Shown here piece by piece: positions 1 to 13,830 of a stretch of 64,000 nucleotides of DNA. This DNA comes from Synechococcus sp. (GTDB lineage: Bacteria > Cyanobacteriota > Cyanobacteriia > PCC-6307 > Cyanobiaceae), in assembly GCA_047284725.1 (NCBI GenBank), contig JBJBEO010000001.1, forward strand, positions 2,008,203-2,072,202, given 5' to 3'. Numbering within the stretch: position 1 is the stretch's first letter; each line of letters opens with the position of its first letter. Below the pieces are notes generated by a model. That model worked only from the letters and a program-made list of their open reading frames with translations, made no database searches and was not told where the DNA came from. Position numbers and translations under genes: made by a program.

Positions 1-580
1 ACTACCGAATCTTATAGAAGCATTTGAAACTGACAATGATCCGGTCGTTCAGGGCTCATCCGCTGGAGCCATGGCCACAATTGGAATACCAGCAATCGAA
101 TCTCTACTAAAAATACTTTCAAATGAAAAATGCACAGCTTTTCAAGTCGGATTGATCAATTTAGCCCTAAGCTTTATCGGAGCCAAAGCACCAGATGCAT
201 TTACGACAGCCGCAAAATCAGAGAATCCGGAAATCAGGATTGCGGCCCTCACAGCATTATCCGAACAAGTCCATTCCGGTGCCAACAAAACCGCAAAAAA
301 TATTTTACTGGAAGCATTAAAAGATGAAGAATCTGAAGTAAGAGCAGAAGCAGCTACCATCACCGGCAAAGCATTAGAGCCAGAGGAAGCAGAAGCTGAC
401 TTAATTGCTCTGCTTACAGACAGCTCACCTCAAGTAAGAAAGAATACTGCTCTTGCTCTGATGAAAATGGAATCAATTAATTCAATTAAGCACTTAGCCG
501 CCTCGATTGAGAATGAAACCGACACTCAGGTCAAAGCGGTCATGAAAGTAGCGAAAGACCAACTCAAGGAAAGCAGATAA
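1..580 (+). CDS. mpeU: E/F-clan HEAT-repeat phycobilin lyase(-isomerase), probably MpeU; 5' end outside window
   Basis: Frame is open from the window edge (LPNLIEAFETDNDPVVQGSSAGAMA...). HEAT repeats, paralogous to 3684..4622. Convergent with cpeZ, the usual mpeU position. Confidence 0.7.
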   Translation, partial: LPNLIEAFETDNDPVVQGSSAGAMATIGIPAIESLLKILSNEKCTAFQVGLINLALSFIGAKAPDAFTTAAKSENPEIRIAALTALSEQVHSGANKTAKNILLEALKDEESEVRAEAATITGKALEPEEAEADLIALLTDSSPQVRKNTALALMKMESINSIKHLAASIENETDTQVKAVMKVAKDQLKESR

Positions 581-585
581 AAGAT

Positions 586-1215
586 TTAAACGAGATTCAG
601 GCTTTCTCGACGAGCCAAACTGGCTTGGGCAACTTCACGAATCAAACTATCCTTACTTTCATCCGTTGCAAGGCGCTCCAAGCAAGCGGTGACCAAAGGA
701 GAATCAAGCTCGGCTAAGGCCATGGCAGCTCCTTGGACATGGGCAATATTGTCTCTTTCGCACGCTTTGATTAAAAGAGGAATAACACATTCCTTTTCAG
801 AATCCTGCTTCGAAAGATGGCCCAGGGTCATCAATGCTGACTGTGCGACAACTGGGTTGGGGTCGTCAAGAGCGTTATCTAAAACATCAATCGCCTCAGA
901 TGGGAAGGCTAGTTCCGGGAAATATACAGAGACTTGAACCAAAGCCTTAATACAACAAGCCTTGACAGTGCCATTATCTGTCTCGTGAAAAAGATCTAGC
1001 AATCTTGGAAGAGATTGAGATCCCAACATTCCAAGCCCCTTAACAGCAGTGCGATAAATTGCAGGGTCGGGATCATGAAGTAAAGAAATAAGCTCAGGCA
1101 TTGCCTGCTCTGAGTAGTACTCAGCCATGAGACTGCAAGCAGTTTGCCTAATATTTGGATTCGGATGAGCAAGATCAGCAAGAAGTTGCTCAAACGATTG
1201 AGTCGGAGAAGACAT
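586..1215 (-). CDS. cpeZ: Phycoerythrin lyase accessory protein CpeZ
   Basis: LAHPNPNIR, YRTAVKGLG and LDDPNPVV motifs; downstream of cpeY. ATG at 1215 chosen. Confidence 0.88.
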   Translation of the reverse strand: MSSPTQSFEQLLADLAHPNPNIRQTACSLMAEYYSEQAMPELISLLHDPDPAIYRTAVKGLGMLGSQSLPRLLDLFHETDNGTVKACCIKALVQVSVYFPELAFPSEAIDVLDNALDDPNPVVAQSALMTLGHLSKQDSEKECVIPLLIKACERDNIAHVQGAAMALAELDSPLVTACLERLATDESKDSLIREVAQASLARRESLNLV

Positions 1216-1303
1216 ATAAAAGTTCAACCAATTTCAAACTTATTTTAGCACCTAGGTGCCATGGAATGGGCATCCGAGCAGGCCAAGCAAAATTATGACT
1301 CGA

Positions 1304-2623
1304 TTAACAAATAGTGGAGAGAGCTATTGCAGCTCTAGCGCGGACAAAGGCGTCAGCATCGTCGTGAGCCTCGACAAGCAAAGTTTGGATCTGATCAACT
1401 CCCGAGAAGGAACACTTCTCCATACAGATAACGGTCGAGTAACGACAGTCCCAGGAGGAAGGAATTGAGCCACGTATCAGCTGTGAACCGAGTTCGAAAA
1501 ATAATTTGGGCTTCAACTGATGAAGTGCTTGAATCGCAGCAGCTCGACTCTTTTGAAACTGAGGTCTCTGATTTAAGACAGCTTGATGCAAGAGATTAAC
1601 CATCCAGTCAAGATCAGGAACATTCCAGTCATCTCGTAAACCAAAGAGACGCATAAAAAAGTAGTGCGCTCCATAATCATTATGCGCTTCTCTCTCCCAG
1701 AACTGTTGGAGGACAGGAAACAAAGCTTCAGGAGAACAGTTCAATAAATTTTGCATGGCCAAATAACACCGACTAAAGTCAGTGCTAAATAGTTGCCTGA
1801 CAAGGAACTCGATGCCTGGACTCTCCTCATACTTATGAATAATGTTAATCGCAAAAGGATCATCCCTTAAGATTGAATCAATTATCTCCAGAGCCTTTAC
1901 ATTCTTAGAGGAGCTATTTGGACTTGAAAGGATCTCATGACAGGCACGCATGCGGAAGGCTGGTGAAACAGGAGCACTTGCAATAGCGGGAAGTAGCTCA
2001 ACAGCGCCCACATCGATAAGATCCTGAATGGCACATTGCCGATCCATTTGATTTGGGAGAGTCAAATGATCTTTAATCCGATGCAAATTAGATTTATCTT
2101 GTGTAAAATTCGAAACTGCAGCAATTGCGGCACCACGAACTCCAGGTTGATCAGATGCTTCCAGCAGTTGAATCAATTCAAAACTCTGCTCGATCGCAAG
2201 CTTGGCAAGTGCTTGAATCAACACTCTCTGATTTTGAGACTCATCTTTGAGCAAGTGAATCATCCGCTGAATCAAATGCTGGTCGTTGCAGCCCAATTGA
2301 TGCAGTGCCCAAACAGAGTTTTCAACGAGATAAATATCATCTGACCAGAGGCATTGACCAATGCTAGGAATTGAAGACTTAGAGCCAAGTCTTGCCAGGA
2401 CCTCAACTCCTTTTCTTTTGGCGATTTTGACAGCCTGATGATCAAGAGGACTGAGAAGTAGTGATTGCAATGCATCCTCAGTCGCTAAGCCTGGACAATT
2501 GACCAACTGGGCAGCAGCCATATAAAAGTCACTTTGTGACTCCAATTCATCAATCGGGAGTGAAAGGATATGACGCGCATGGTCACATGTCAGCCCTGGA
2601 TGAATGTTATCAAAACGGCCCAA
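1304..2623 (-). CDS. cpeY: Phycoerythrobilin lyase CpeY
   Basis: 439 aa; TDFSRCYLA, EAHNDYGAH and RPQFQKSRAAA motifs typical of CpeY. Confidence 0.88.
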   Translation of the reverse strand: MGRFDNIHPGLTCDHARHILSLPIDELESQSDFYMAAAQLVNCPGLATEDALQSLLLSPLDHQAVKIAKRKGVEVLARLGSKSSIPSIGQCLWSDDIYLVENSVWALHQLGCNDQHLIQRMIHLLKDESQNQRVLIQALAKLAIEQSFELIQLLEASDQPGVRGAAIAAVSNFTQDKSNLHRIKDHLTLPNQMDRQCAIQDLIDVGAVELLPAIASAPVSPAFRMRACHEILSSPNSSSKNVKALEIIDSILRDDPFAINIIHKYEESPGIEFLVRQLFSTDFSRCYLAMQNLLNCSPEALFPVLQQFWEREAHNDYGAHYFFMRLFGLRDDWNVPDLDWMVNLLHQAVLNQRPQFQKSRAAAIQALHQLKPKLFFELGSQLIRGSIPSSWDCRYSTVICMEKCSFSGVDQIQTLLVEAHDDADAFVRARAAIALSTIC

Positions 2624-2768
2624 AATTACCTTAAACTATTGATTCGATTAAAAGCTTAAGCGACAAAGGGGAAAGATACTTAACAAAAGTCAACTCAATT
2701 AACAAATACGGTTCTTTCGGGTGCGGTGAGAATGGTATAAGATCTCTGAAGTCGTGCCAAGTAGAAAG

Positions 2769-3206
2769 ATGGGTCCATTTTCAAAGCCTCGCTTTAAGGT
2801 GCAAGTCAATGCACTTAATCGTTCAAGGCCGGGAATATCATCTCACTTCAGCCTCCCATTGAACGCTCTTTGCAGAGGCATGCAAGTAATGCATAGAACT
2901 GGATATGTCATTACTGACGTGAAACCAGTTGCATCAGATCAGAAGCTTGAACTATCAGCTTCCAACGATGCAGGGACTGCTTTGGAAGCTGGAAAGACAC
3001 TAATTGGCAAATCATCTGGTAAAAACAAAGAGAGCTCCAACGAGAAAAAGCCTAGCCAGGGTCAAAGCCCGAAATCATCTGATTCAACGGATGAGGGAAC
3101 AACCCCAAAAGGTGGCAATGCACTAATCAATAAACTGACCAGAAAAGACAAAGAGAACTCAAGCAAGCAAAAGCCTTCACAACGCAAGCGACAACGCAAA
3201 AAATGA
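2769..3206 (+). CDS. Phycobilisome-region protein (Unk11-like): CpcD-like N-terminus plus Lys/Ser-rich tail
   Basis: Position between cpeY and unk12; RFKVQV...MQVMHRTGYVITDV pattern; low-complexity C-terminus. Confidence 0.65.
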   Translation: MGPFSKPRFKVQVNALNRSRPGISSHFSLPLNALCRGMQVMHRTGYVITDVKPVASDQKLELSASNDAGTALEAGKTLIGKSSGKNKESSNEKKPSQGQSPKSSDSTDEGTTPKGGNALINKLTRKDKENSSKQKPSQRKRQRKK

Positions 3207-3228
3207 ATATCAAATACTAAGCTTCTCC

Positions 3229-3654
3229 TTAAGCGTAAATCTCAAAAACAGCATCTACCTGTCTGGCAGACTTCAGAGCATCCCAATTGATGCTCTGAAG
3301 AAATATATCTTTATCGGCACACTCAACAAAATCGACTCCCCAATATCCAATCTGAAGAGGAGAATTAGGCAGAGCAGCGCTATCCTTGCGGCCTCCCAAC
3401 GCCAAGAACGTGTGATCAACAGAGTGGCCTTCACTCAATCTGAAAGTCTTCCAAGCTCTTAAGAGCTCGGTAGCCATATCGTTAGCTGACAAATCGGATT
3501 CAAGCTTCACCAGCCAATGTGGATGCTCCAAAGGATCTGAAGAAGTAAATTCTGTGGAGCTACGCATGAGTCCCTTAGCCAAATCATTGGCAGTAATAGC
3601 AGGAGCAAGAGGGGAGCTGATCTGGAGGTTATGAGAGAGCACGAAGACTGTCAT
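3229..3654 (-). CDS. Conserved phycoerythrin-region protein (Unk12/DUF2656-like)
   Basis: FVLSHNL, HPHWLV, LALGGRK and WGVD motifs; synteny. Confidence 0.75.
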   Translation of the reverse strand: MTVFVLSHNLQISSPLAPAITANDLAKGLMRSSTEFTSSDPLEHPHWLVKLESDLSANDMATELLRAWKTFRLSEGHSVDHTFLALGGRKDSAALPNSPLQIGYWGVDFVECADKDIFLQSINWDALKSARQVDAVFEIYA

Positions 3655-3683
3655 TGCCAGGGGTTAGGTCAGTGATAAGTTGA

Positions 3684-4622
3684 ATGAGGAAATTAAGAGT
3701 GGTTCTTAGACCACCGGTGCATTTGGAGAAGACTACTAAATCTAGTCAATCAGAAATTCAGCTGAGCGAGGATGAAGCCCTAGCTTTGGCTTCGCATCTC
3801 AAAGAGAAACTACAAGCAGGTCTTTCAGTCGAGTCGGATCCTAATTCTATCGCCACGATGATAGCCGGGTTAGGCGATCCTCGTGGCCTTTTACGTCTTC
3901 GTTTTGCTGACAGCCTTGGGGCTGTAGGAAAAGCAGCCGTTCCAGCTCTTTGTGAAGCAATGAGAAAAAGTGAACAGGTCACTGTAAGAAGAGCTGCAGC
4001 AAAAACATTAACGCTGATCGCAGATCCTGCGGCACTTCCAAGCCTTCTGGATGCGTTGTTCTCCGACCCTGATTCGGTTGTTCAGGGTTCTGCCATGGGC
4101 GCAATGGCTGTGATTGGGCCAGAGGCCGTCGAAGCCATCCTTTCAATTTTGGATAATGATGAGAGCTCTGAAATGCAAATTGGCCTAGCGAGCTGGGGCC
4201 TGGCTTTCATCGGGGATCGTGCACCAGAAGCACTGCGTAAAGCGGCCTGCTCAGAGAAGCCTGTTGTTCGAAAAGCAGCTATTTCAGCTCTTGGCAGCCA
4301 GATTCAATCTCTAGACGACAAACAAGCCAGGGATTTATTAACTCATGCGCTACACGATTCAGATTCAGAAATCCGAGCCGAAGCCGTAACACTATTGGGA
4401 AAATTGGAAGATTCTGAATGGGCAGAACCTCTTCTCAAGCCTGCCCTATACGACAGCGATAGCTGGGTAAGAAAAAACAGCGCTCTCTCTTTAATGAAAC
4501 TCGGAGCAACATCATCCATTCCAATTTTAAAGGAGAGAATCGATGAGGAAAACGATCAAATCGTCAAGAATGTGCTCATTCTTGCTATCCGACAATTACA
4601 GAATGCTGAAGAAGAAAGCTAG
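3684..4622 (+). CDS. HEAT-repeat phycobilin lyase of the MpeV/CpeF family
   Basis: [14 protein letters not shown] and [14 protein letters not shown] motifs; lies between unk12 and cpeA. MpeV versus CpeF cannot be resolved by eye. Confidence 0.8.
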   Translation: MRKLRVVLRPPVHLEKTTKSSQSEIQLSEDEALALASHLKEKLQAGLSVESDPNSIATMIAGLGDPRGLLRLRFADSLGAVGKAAVPALCEAMRKSEQVTVRRAAAKTLTLIADPAALPSLLDALFSDPDSVVQGSAMGAMAVIGPEAVEAILSILDNDESSEMQIGLASWGLAFIGDRAPEALRKAACSEKPVVRKAAISALGSQIQSLDDKQARDLLTHALHDSDSEIRAEAVTLLGKLEDSEWAEPLLKPALYDSDSWVRKNSALSLMKLGATSSIPILKERIDEENDQIVKNVLILAIRQLQNAEEES

Positions 4623-4633
4623 TTTTAGACATT

Positions 4634-4666
4634 AAAAAATGGGGGGTGCCAAAGCACCCCCCATTT
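4634..4666 (-). terminator. Rho-independent terminator of cpeBA (possibly bidirectional)
   Basis: AAATGGGGGGTGC-CAAA-GCACCCCCCATTT perfect stem with an A-run on the left (U-tract on the minus strand). Confidence 0.85.
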
Positions 4667-4686
4667 AGGAAATTTTAGGACCGTGC

Positions 4687-5220
<534 letters not shown>

Positions 5221-5233
5221 TCAGAACGACCGA

Positions 5234-5851
<618 letters not shown>

Positions 5852-6171
5852 CTAATGAAGGGGAGGAGTTGTACCGACGAACATTGACCCCAATGGGGTG
5901 AAGCGCTTTGACAAGCTAACCAGGGTCTGCCAAGCCGTGGCCTGGGATCTGATGATCACGCAAGAGTTCGTCACCTTTCAGCCTCAGATCACTCGGATCA
6001 AGACAAAACTGAAGCCCTAACCAGTGCCGAAGCTGGGCACCGCAAAGGGGATACAACACCAAGAGATCAATCCAGACTCACGACATCCAAGTCACCAATC
6101 ACAACGCGAGAGCCTGGCCCATGACAACCAGTAGTAAGGTGCAACGATGATTTTCTGGGCCTATCACCAGG

Positions 6172-6401
6172 ATGACAGAGCAAACTGACCAGGCACCAAC
6201 CGTTCAAGAACTGCAGGAGTCTATAGACGAATTATCTGCTTATCGTGAGCGACTCTACAATGATGTAATTGGACTCGGCAAAAAACTACGACTTTCACAG
6301 AAAAAGATCGATGCAACCATAAACGAACATCCAGAACTCACCAGAATAGACGAAGTTCTAGGCCAGCTCAAACAACAAAGGGACTTCCAAGTCAAAAACC
6401 A

Positions 6402-6405
<4 letters not shown>
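6172..6405 (+). CDS. Small coiled-coil protein (Unk13-like)
   Basis: 77 aa ORF with ATGA overlap to cpeU; synteny. Confidence 0.7.
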
Positions 6406-8501
<2,096 letters not shown>

Positions 8502-8679
8502 GCAACCGAATCGCCAACTTCCTTGTTGCTGCAAGGGAGTTAAGCATTATGAACAGCTTTCGGAGGGCATTCGGGTTGTTGGTTCAGAATCGCGAGCGAC
8601 GGGATGAAGGCAATAGCCTTTTTCCATCTCATCTCAGTCTGAGATCCCTCCTCCAGACGTAGTTCACAGGACAACAACC

Positions 8680-9198
8680 ATGTTCGACGCCTTCACCAAG
8701 GTTGTCGCCCAGGCCGATGCCCGGGGACAATTCATCAGCACCAGCGAGATCGATGGCCTCGCTGCCATGGTTTCCGACAGCAACAAGCGTCTGGATGCTG
8801 TTAATCGCATCTCCAGCAACGCTTCCACCATCGTGGCTTCGGCAGCTCGCAGTCTCTTCGCTCAGCAGCCCGCGCTGATCGCCCCCGGCGGCAACGCTTA
8901 CACCTCCCGCCGTATGGCTGCCTGCCTGCGCGACATGGAGATCATCCTTCGCTACGTCACCTACTCAGCCTTCACAGGTGATGCTTCCGTGATGGAAGAC
9001 CGCTGCCTGAATGGACTGCGGGAGACCTACCTGGCCCTGGGCACCCCCGGTGCTTCAGTAGCCGCTGGCGTGAACCTGATGAAGGAAACCGCCCTGGCCA
9101 TCATCAACGACAAGGCTGGCATCACCTCTGGTGATTGCGCCTCCCTGAGCAGCGAGATCGGCACCTACTTCGACCGCGCCGCCTCCTCCGTCGCCTGA
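8680..9198 (+). CDS. rpcB: Phycocyanin (R-PC type) beta subunit
   Basis: [25 protein letters not shown] and GDCASL. Confidence 0.95.
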   Translation: MFDAFTKVVAQADARGQFISTSEIDGLAAMVSDSNKRLDAVNRISSNASTIVASAARSLFAQQPALIAPGGNAYTSRRMAACLRDMEIILRYVTYSAFTGDASVMEDRCLNGLRETYLALGTPGASVAAGVNLMKETALAIINDKAGITSGDCASLSSEIGTYFDRAASSVA

Positions 9199-9239
9199 TC
9201 GGCGCCTGGATTCGACGTCATTAATCCTCTCTCAGATTC

Positions 9240-9728
9240 ATGAAAACCCCCCTCACCGAAGCTGTTGCAGCAGCTGATTCTCAGGGCCGTTTCCTGAGCA
9301 ACACCGAAGTTCAGGCTGCATCCGGTCGCTTCAACCGTGCCAAGGCCAGCCTCGAGGCAGCCAAAGCACTGACCAGCAAGGCTGATTCCCTGGTGAATAG
9401 CGCAGCTCAGGCCGTTTACGCCAAGTTCCCCTACACCACCCAGATGGAGGGGTCCAACTACTCCGCCACTGCGGAAGGTAAAGCTAAGTGCTCCCGTGAC
9501 GTTGGTTATTACCTGCGCATGATCACCTACTGCCTGGTGGCAGGTGGCACCGGCCCCATGGATGACTACCTGATCGCCGGTCTCGACGAGATCAACCGCA
9601 CCTTCGAGCTCTCCCCCTCCTGGTATGTGGAAGCTCTGAAGCACATCAAGTCCAACCACGGCCTCACCGGCGACGCAGCCACCGAAGCCAACAGCTACAT
9701 CGATTACGCCATTAACGCCCTGATCTGA
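9240..9728 (+). CDS. rpcA: Phycocyanin (R-PC type) alpha subunit
   Basis: [19 protein letters not shown] and AKCSRD. Confidence 0.95.
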   Translation: MKTPLTEAVAAADSQGRFLSNTEVQAASGRFNRAKASLEAAKALTSKADSLVNSAAQAVYAKFPYTTQMEGSNYSATAEGKAKCSRDVGYYLRMITYCLVAGGTGPMDDYLIAGLDEINRTFELSPSWYVEALKHIKSNHGLTGDAATEANSYIDYAINALI

Positions 9729-9749
9729 TCAGAGCTAAGGCCGTTGCTC

Positions 9750-9775
9750 AGCCCTCCTTGTAGGAGGGCTTTTTT
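9750..9775 (+). terminator. Rho-independent terminator after rpcA
   Basis: AGCCCTCCT-TGT-AGGAGGGCT followed by a T-run. Confidence 0.88.
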
Positions 9776-9809
9776 ATTGTTTGCCTCCGGGCCTGATTCG
9801 AGTCGTGCA

Positions 9810-10400
9810 ATGAACCCTGGTGTCCGGCGTTTTCTCACTCAGCTGTGCGGTGAGTACAGCAATCAGCAGCAGGCGTTCGACAATCCACCGTTGTACGCGC
9901 ACATCTTCCTGCGCTACCGCCCTCTCGATCACCTCGAACCGGGATCGATCCTGCTGGAGCAGACCTATGCCGTGGCCCCCAAGAATCCCTACCGGCTGCG
10001 CATGATCAGAGCGGAAGAGCAGTCCAGCGGCGTGATCAAACTGTGGAACCACACCTTTCGAGACCCTGCACGATTTGCCAACGCGACGTTTGATCAGCAA
10101 CGGCGTCGCGACATTCGTCACGACGACTTGATCTGCCTCGATCAATGCCATTACCAGGTGATGGAACAATCAGACGGTTATCACGGAGCAATGGAACCCG
10201 GCTGCAGGTGCATCGTGCAACGGAATGGCAAAGACACCGTGCTGGTGAGCAGCTTTCACTTGGAGGGGGACTCCCTCTCAACCCTCGATCGCGGCCATGA
10301 CCCGGAAACGAATGAGCGATGCTGGGGCTCGGTAGCAGGACCGTTCCGGTTCAAGCGAACCCAAAGCTGGACGGCCGAAATGGCATCGGCCTGGGTGTGA
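9810..10400 (+). CDS. rpcT: T-type phycobilin lyase RpcT
   Basis: YSNQQQAFDNPPLYAHI, PYRLR and DRGHD..WGS; ATG at 9810 lies after the terminator. Confidence 0.88.
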   Translation: MNPGVRRFLTQLCGEYSNQQQAFDNPPLYAHIFLRYRPLDHLEPGSILLEQTYAVAPKNPYRLRMIRAEEQSSGVIKLWNHTFRDPARFANATFDQQRRRDIRHDDLICLDQCHYQVMEQSDGYHGAMEPGCRCIVQRNGKDTVLVSSFHLEGDSLSTLDRGHDPETNERCWGSVAGPFRFKRTQSWTAEMASAWV

Positions 10401-11176
10401 TGGAACCGCTGAGTGAAACGCAGGTGATCAAGAACCTCCGCCAGACGGAGGACCCTTCGGCGCAGTACTACGCCGCCTGGTGGCTCGGGAAGATGCGCAG
10501 CCAGCACCCTGATGCCATCCCTCTTCTGCTCAGAACTCTTGAGGAGCTGGGCTGCATACCGGTCGATCCAGAACGACGCGGTGTTGCACTCAATGCGATT
10601 CGAGCTCTTGGGCTTCTCAGGGATGCGAGATCTGAACATCCTCTGCTTGCACTGCTTGATTCAGACGATTACGCCGTGCGGGAGGAAGTGGTCCGAACGC
10701 TTGGTGCCATAGGCAGCCACGATGCTGTTGTGGGCATCCGCGCTTTGTTGGCCAGTGGATTGGAGGGTGCAGGAGCTGAGCAGCCCTCATCTCCATTACT
10801 CAACCAACCGTGTGAAGCACTGCTAGAAGCTCTTGGTGACATTGGTGATGGCAGCAGCAGCAACCTCGCTGTCATTCAGCCGTTTGCAGAGCATCCTCGG
10901 CCTTTGATTCGTTCAGCCGCCTATCGAGCACTGCTACAGCTCACAGAACTTGATCACTGGGGGGAAGAGTTGAAAAAGCTGCTGAAGCATCCCGAACCCC
11001 TGGTGCGGCGTGGCGCACTGCTCGATCTCGGCGCCACCGGCTGGATCGCCGCCGTTCCCTCGATCCGCTCGGCTGCGGTGGAACCCAGCCTCAAGCTGGT
11101 TGCACTCCGTGGACTGGCGGAACACAACAACGACGATCCAGATGACGTCCTGGATGCGATGGATGGGCTGCTCTGA
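10400..11176 (+). CDS. rpcE: Phycocyanin alpha-84 lyase, E subunit
   Basis: YYAAWWLG and C-terminal MDGLL; TGATG overlap with rpcT. Confidence 0.85.
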   Translation: MEPLSETQVIKNLRQTEDPSAQYYAAWWLGKMRSQHPDAIPLLLRTLEELGCIPVDPERRGVALNAIRALGLLRDARSEHPLLALLDSDDYAVREEVVRTLGAIGSHDAVVGIRALLASGLEGAGAEQPSSPLLNQPCEALLEALGDIGDGSSSNLAVIQPFAEHPRPLIRSAAYRALLQLTELDHWGEELKKLLKHPEPLVRRGALLDLGATGWIAAVPSIRSAAVEPSLKLVALRGLAEHNNDDPDDVLDAMDGLL

Positions 11177-11808
11177 TGACGACCACAGCCTTTGACCAGG
11201 CGCTTCTGACGCTCGACGGTGCCACCAGCACACCTGAACTGGTGCGAGCAACGCAAGCCCTCTGTGCATTGAACGACCTTGAAGCCGCCAGGCCGCTGAT
11301 CAAGGTGCTGGGATTCAACAACCCAGCGGTGGCAGCCGTCGCAACGCAGGGCTTGATTGAATTGGGAAGGGATATCGTTCCCACCCTTCTGGTCAGCCTG
11401 GACGACCGCAATTACGGTGCCCGGGCCTGGGTGGTGAAGGTGCTTGCCGCCTTACGGGATCCACGGGGCCTCGAGCTTCTCGAGCGTGCACTCCACGCAG
11501 ATATTGCACCGAGCGTGCGGCGCTCAGCAACCCGCGGCCTGGCGGACTTGGAGCTGACCAACGGCATCGAGGGCGATCAGCTTGAGCGATGCTTCCAGGG
11601 CTTGTTCAAAGCTGGACGAGACGATGAATGGGTGGTGCGGTATGCAGCTGCCTACGGACTCGAGCAGCGCTTGCGCGACGCGACTGTGTCCAAGCAGCTC
11701 GCAGATCAGGGCCGTGCTGCCTTGAAGCGGCTCGCCTCTGATGCAGAGGGTGTCAGGGTGGTGCGGATGAGGGCCGTACAGGCCCTTGAGCGCATCAACG
11801 TGTCATGA
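11176..11808 (+). CDS. rpcF: Phycocyanin alpha-84 lyase, F subunit
   Basis: LGFNNP, NYGARAW and DDEWVVRYAA; TGATG overlap. Confidence 0.85.
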   Translation: MTTTAFDQALLTLDGATSTPELVRATQALCALNDLEAARPLIKVLGFNNPAVAAVATQGLIELGRDIVPTLLVSLDDRNYGARAWVVKVLAALRDPRGLELLERALHADIAPSVRRSATRGLADLELTNGIEGDQLERCFQGLFKAGRDDEWVVRYAAAYGLEQRLRDATVSKQLADQGRAALKRLASDAEGVRVVRMRAVQALERINVS

Positions 11809-12290
11809 CGCAAAAACTTCTGTTCGTCTGCCTTGGCAACATCTGTCGCTCCCCTGCCGCCGAGGGGGTGTTTCTGCATCTAATCGAGGCGCAGGGCCTG
11901 TCGGATCACTTCGTGGTTGATTCTGCAGGGACCGGCAGCTGGCATGTGGGCAACAAAGCCGACGCCCGCATGCGCACTGCTGCCGAACGTCGTGGCATTC
12001 ACCTCCCAAGCCGGGCCAGGCAGATCGAATTGGATGACTTCAGTCGCTTCGATCTGGTGCTGACCATGGACAGCGACAACCTGCGCAACGTGCGCAGCCT
12101 TGCCAAGGAGGCAGGAAACAACTCCACCGCCACCATCCGGCCGATGCTCAGCTACGCCCGCGCAACCGGGCTGGAGGATGTCCCGGATCCCTATTACGGC
12201 GGGGAGCAGGGTTTTGAGCACGTGCTCGACCTGCTGGAGGATGCCTGCTCCGGGCTGATCGAGGAGATCAAGCCCCAGATCTGTCGTTAG
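11805..12290 (+). CDS. ptpA: Low-molecular-weight protein tyrosine phosphatase
   Basis: VCLGNICRS and DPYYG. Confidence 0.93.
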   Translation: MTQKLLFVCLGNICRSPAAEGVFLHLIEAQGLSDHFVVDSAGTGSWHVGNKADARMRTAAERRGIHLPSRARQIELDDFSRFDLVLTMDSDNLRNVRSLAKEAGNNSTATIRPMLSYARATGLEDVPDPYYGGEQGFEHVLDLLEDACSGLIEEIKPQICR

Positions 12291-13830
12291 GCCCAGGCCA
12301 AGCTTCTGCGGGCACTTTGAGCCGGAACAGATCCTCGAGGGCGTCGATCACCGCATCGATGCCCATGCCATCGGTGATCAGTTCAGTGGCATCAGCCGCC
12401 TGCACGAGGGGTGCCACGTCGCGAGTGCTGTCGAGATGATCACGCTCAACAATCTGAGCTTCCAGTTCGTTGAGGGCTGGCACCTCGAAGCCACGACGCT
12501 CCAGATCCAGAGCCCTGCGGCGGGCGCGCTCGGCGGGTGTGGCAGTCAGAAACACCTTCAGCTCAGCATCGGGGAATACCGCCGTGCCGATGTCCCTTCC
12601 TTCCGCCACCAGACCGCCCCTCTGGCCCATTCGCTGCTGCTGCGCTGTCAATAACGCCCGAACGCAGGCATGGGCAGCCACCACCGACACCTTCGCCGTC
12701 ACCCGAGGATCACGGATCACGTCGGTGACGGCTTTGCCGTTCACCCGCACGCCTTGTACACCATCGCGAAGAGGATCCAACTCCACCTCCAATCCCTGCA
12801 GGCAGGGCTCCACAGCCGCTGCATCAGCAGGGTCAAACCCCTGCTCCAACACCCACCAGGTCACAGCGCGATACATCGCCCCTGTATCGAGGTAAAGGAG
12901 CCCCATCCGCTCCGCAAAGGCGCGGGTCACAGTGCTCTTCCCAGCACCGGCAGGGCCGTCGATGGCAACGATGGGCGAACGGGTCATCAGAACGGTGTGA
13001 TCAATCAGACGGGTGGACCCGCATCGCGCGGCCACAGCCAGCAACCGACAGGTCTGATCGGCTGCAGCGGGTTGCAACGTGCGGGGATCCACCACCTCTA
13101 CATAGTCCACCTCAAACCCCGCCGAGGTCAGGGCGATCGTCAAAGCTGCCGTATTCAGATCGCGGGATCCGCTTTGCACAGCGGCCGCCTCCTGTTGCAA
13201 CAGACGGGGTAACACTGCGGCCTGTTGGCGCTGATCAGGCGTGAGATAACGATTGCGGGAACTGCTGGCCAAGCCATCCAGCTCCCGCACCGTGGGGCAC
13301 CCCATCACCCGCACAGAAAGGCCCAGAGCCTTGACCAGATGGCGAAGGATGGTGAGCTGTTGCCAGTCCTTCTCTCCCAGCATCAGCACCGAAGGACGAA
13401 CGAGTGAGAGCAAGCGGGTCACCACCGTGGCAACACCATCGAAATGCCCTGGGCGACTCGCACCGCAGAGATGCTGCTGCAGGCTCTGCGGCACCTGCAG
13501 GCGAAACACCTGGTCCGAGCCATCGGGATAAATCTGCGCATCCGTCGGACACCAGAGCGCATCGACGCCAGCCTGAGCGGCCACGAGGCAGTCGGCGTCG
13601 AGATCCCTGGGATACTGCTCGAAATCCTCACCAGCGCCGAACTGGAGAGGATTGACGTAGACACTGGCTAGGACTGCAGAAGGGTCGGCACTCACAGCAC
13701 GGGCATGGACCATCAAGCGGCCATGGCCCTGGTGCAGACCGCCCATGGTGGGAACGAAATGCACCGGCCTGGCCTGCTGAGCGCGCCAATGCTGCAGCTC
13801 AGAGAGTGTTCTGAGAACCTGAACGGTCAG
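12268..13830 (-). CDS. panC/cmk: Bifunctional pantoate--beta-alanine ligase / cytidylate kinase (probable CTG start at 13830)
   Basis: FVPTMGGLHQGH, RPGHFDGV and IDGPAGAGKST. PanC-like N-terminus extends upstream of the GTG at 13764. Confidence 0.9.
   Translation of the reverse strand: MTVQVLRTLSELQHWRAQQARPVHFVPTMGGLHQGHGRLMVHARAVSADPSAVLASVYVNPLQFGAGEDFEQYPRDLDADCLVAAQAGVDALWCPTDAQIYPDGSDQVFRLQVPQSLQQHLCGASRPGHFDGVATVVTRLLSLVRPSVLMLGEKDWQQLTILRHLVKALGLSVRVMGCPTVRELDGLASSSRNRYLTPDQRQQAAVLPRLLQQEAAAVQSGSRDLNTAALTIALTSAGFEVDYVEVVDPRTLQPAAADQTCRLLAVAARCGSTRLIDHTVLMTRSPIVAIDGPAGAGKSTVTRAFAERMGLLYLDTGAMYRAVTWWVLEQGFDPADAAAVEPCLQGLEVELDPLRDGVQGVRVNGKAVTDVIRDPRVTAKVSVVAAHACVRALLTAQQQRMGQRGGLVAEGRDIGTAVFPDAELKVFLTATPAERARRRALDLERRGFEVPALNELEAQIVERDHLDSTRDVAPLVQAADATELITDGMGIDAVIDALEDLFRLKVPAEAWPGPNDRSGA

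Noticed and set aside
10400..11808. Frameshifted (pseudogenised) rpcG fusion
   Set aside because: The first ORF ends in a normal CpcE-type terminus and the second begins with a coupled ATG, so these are ordinary separate E and F genes
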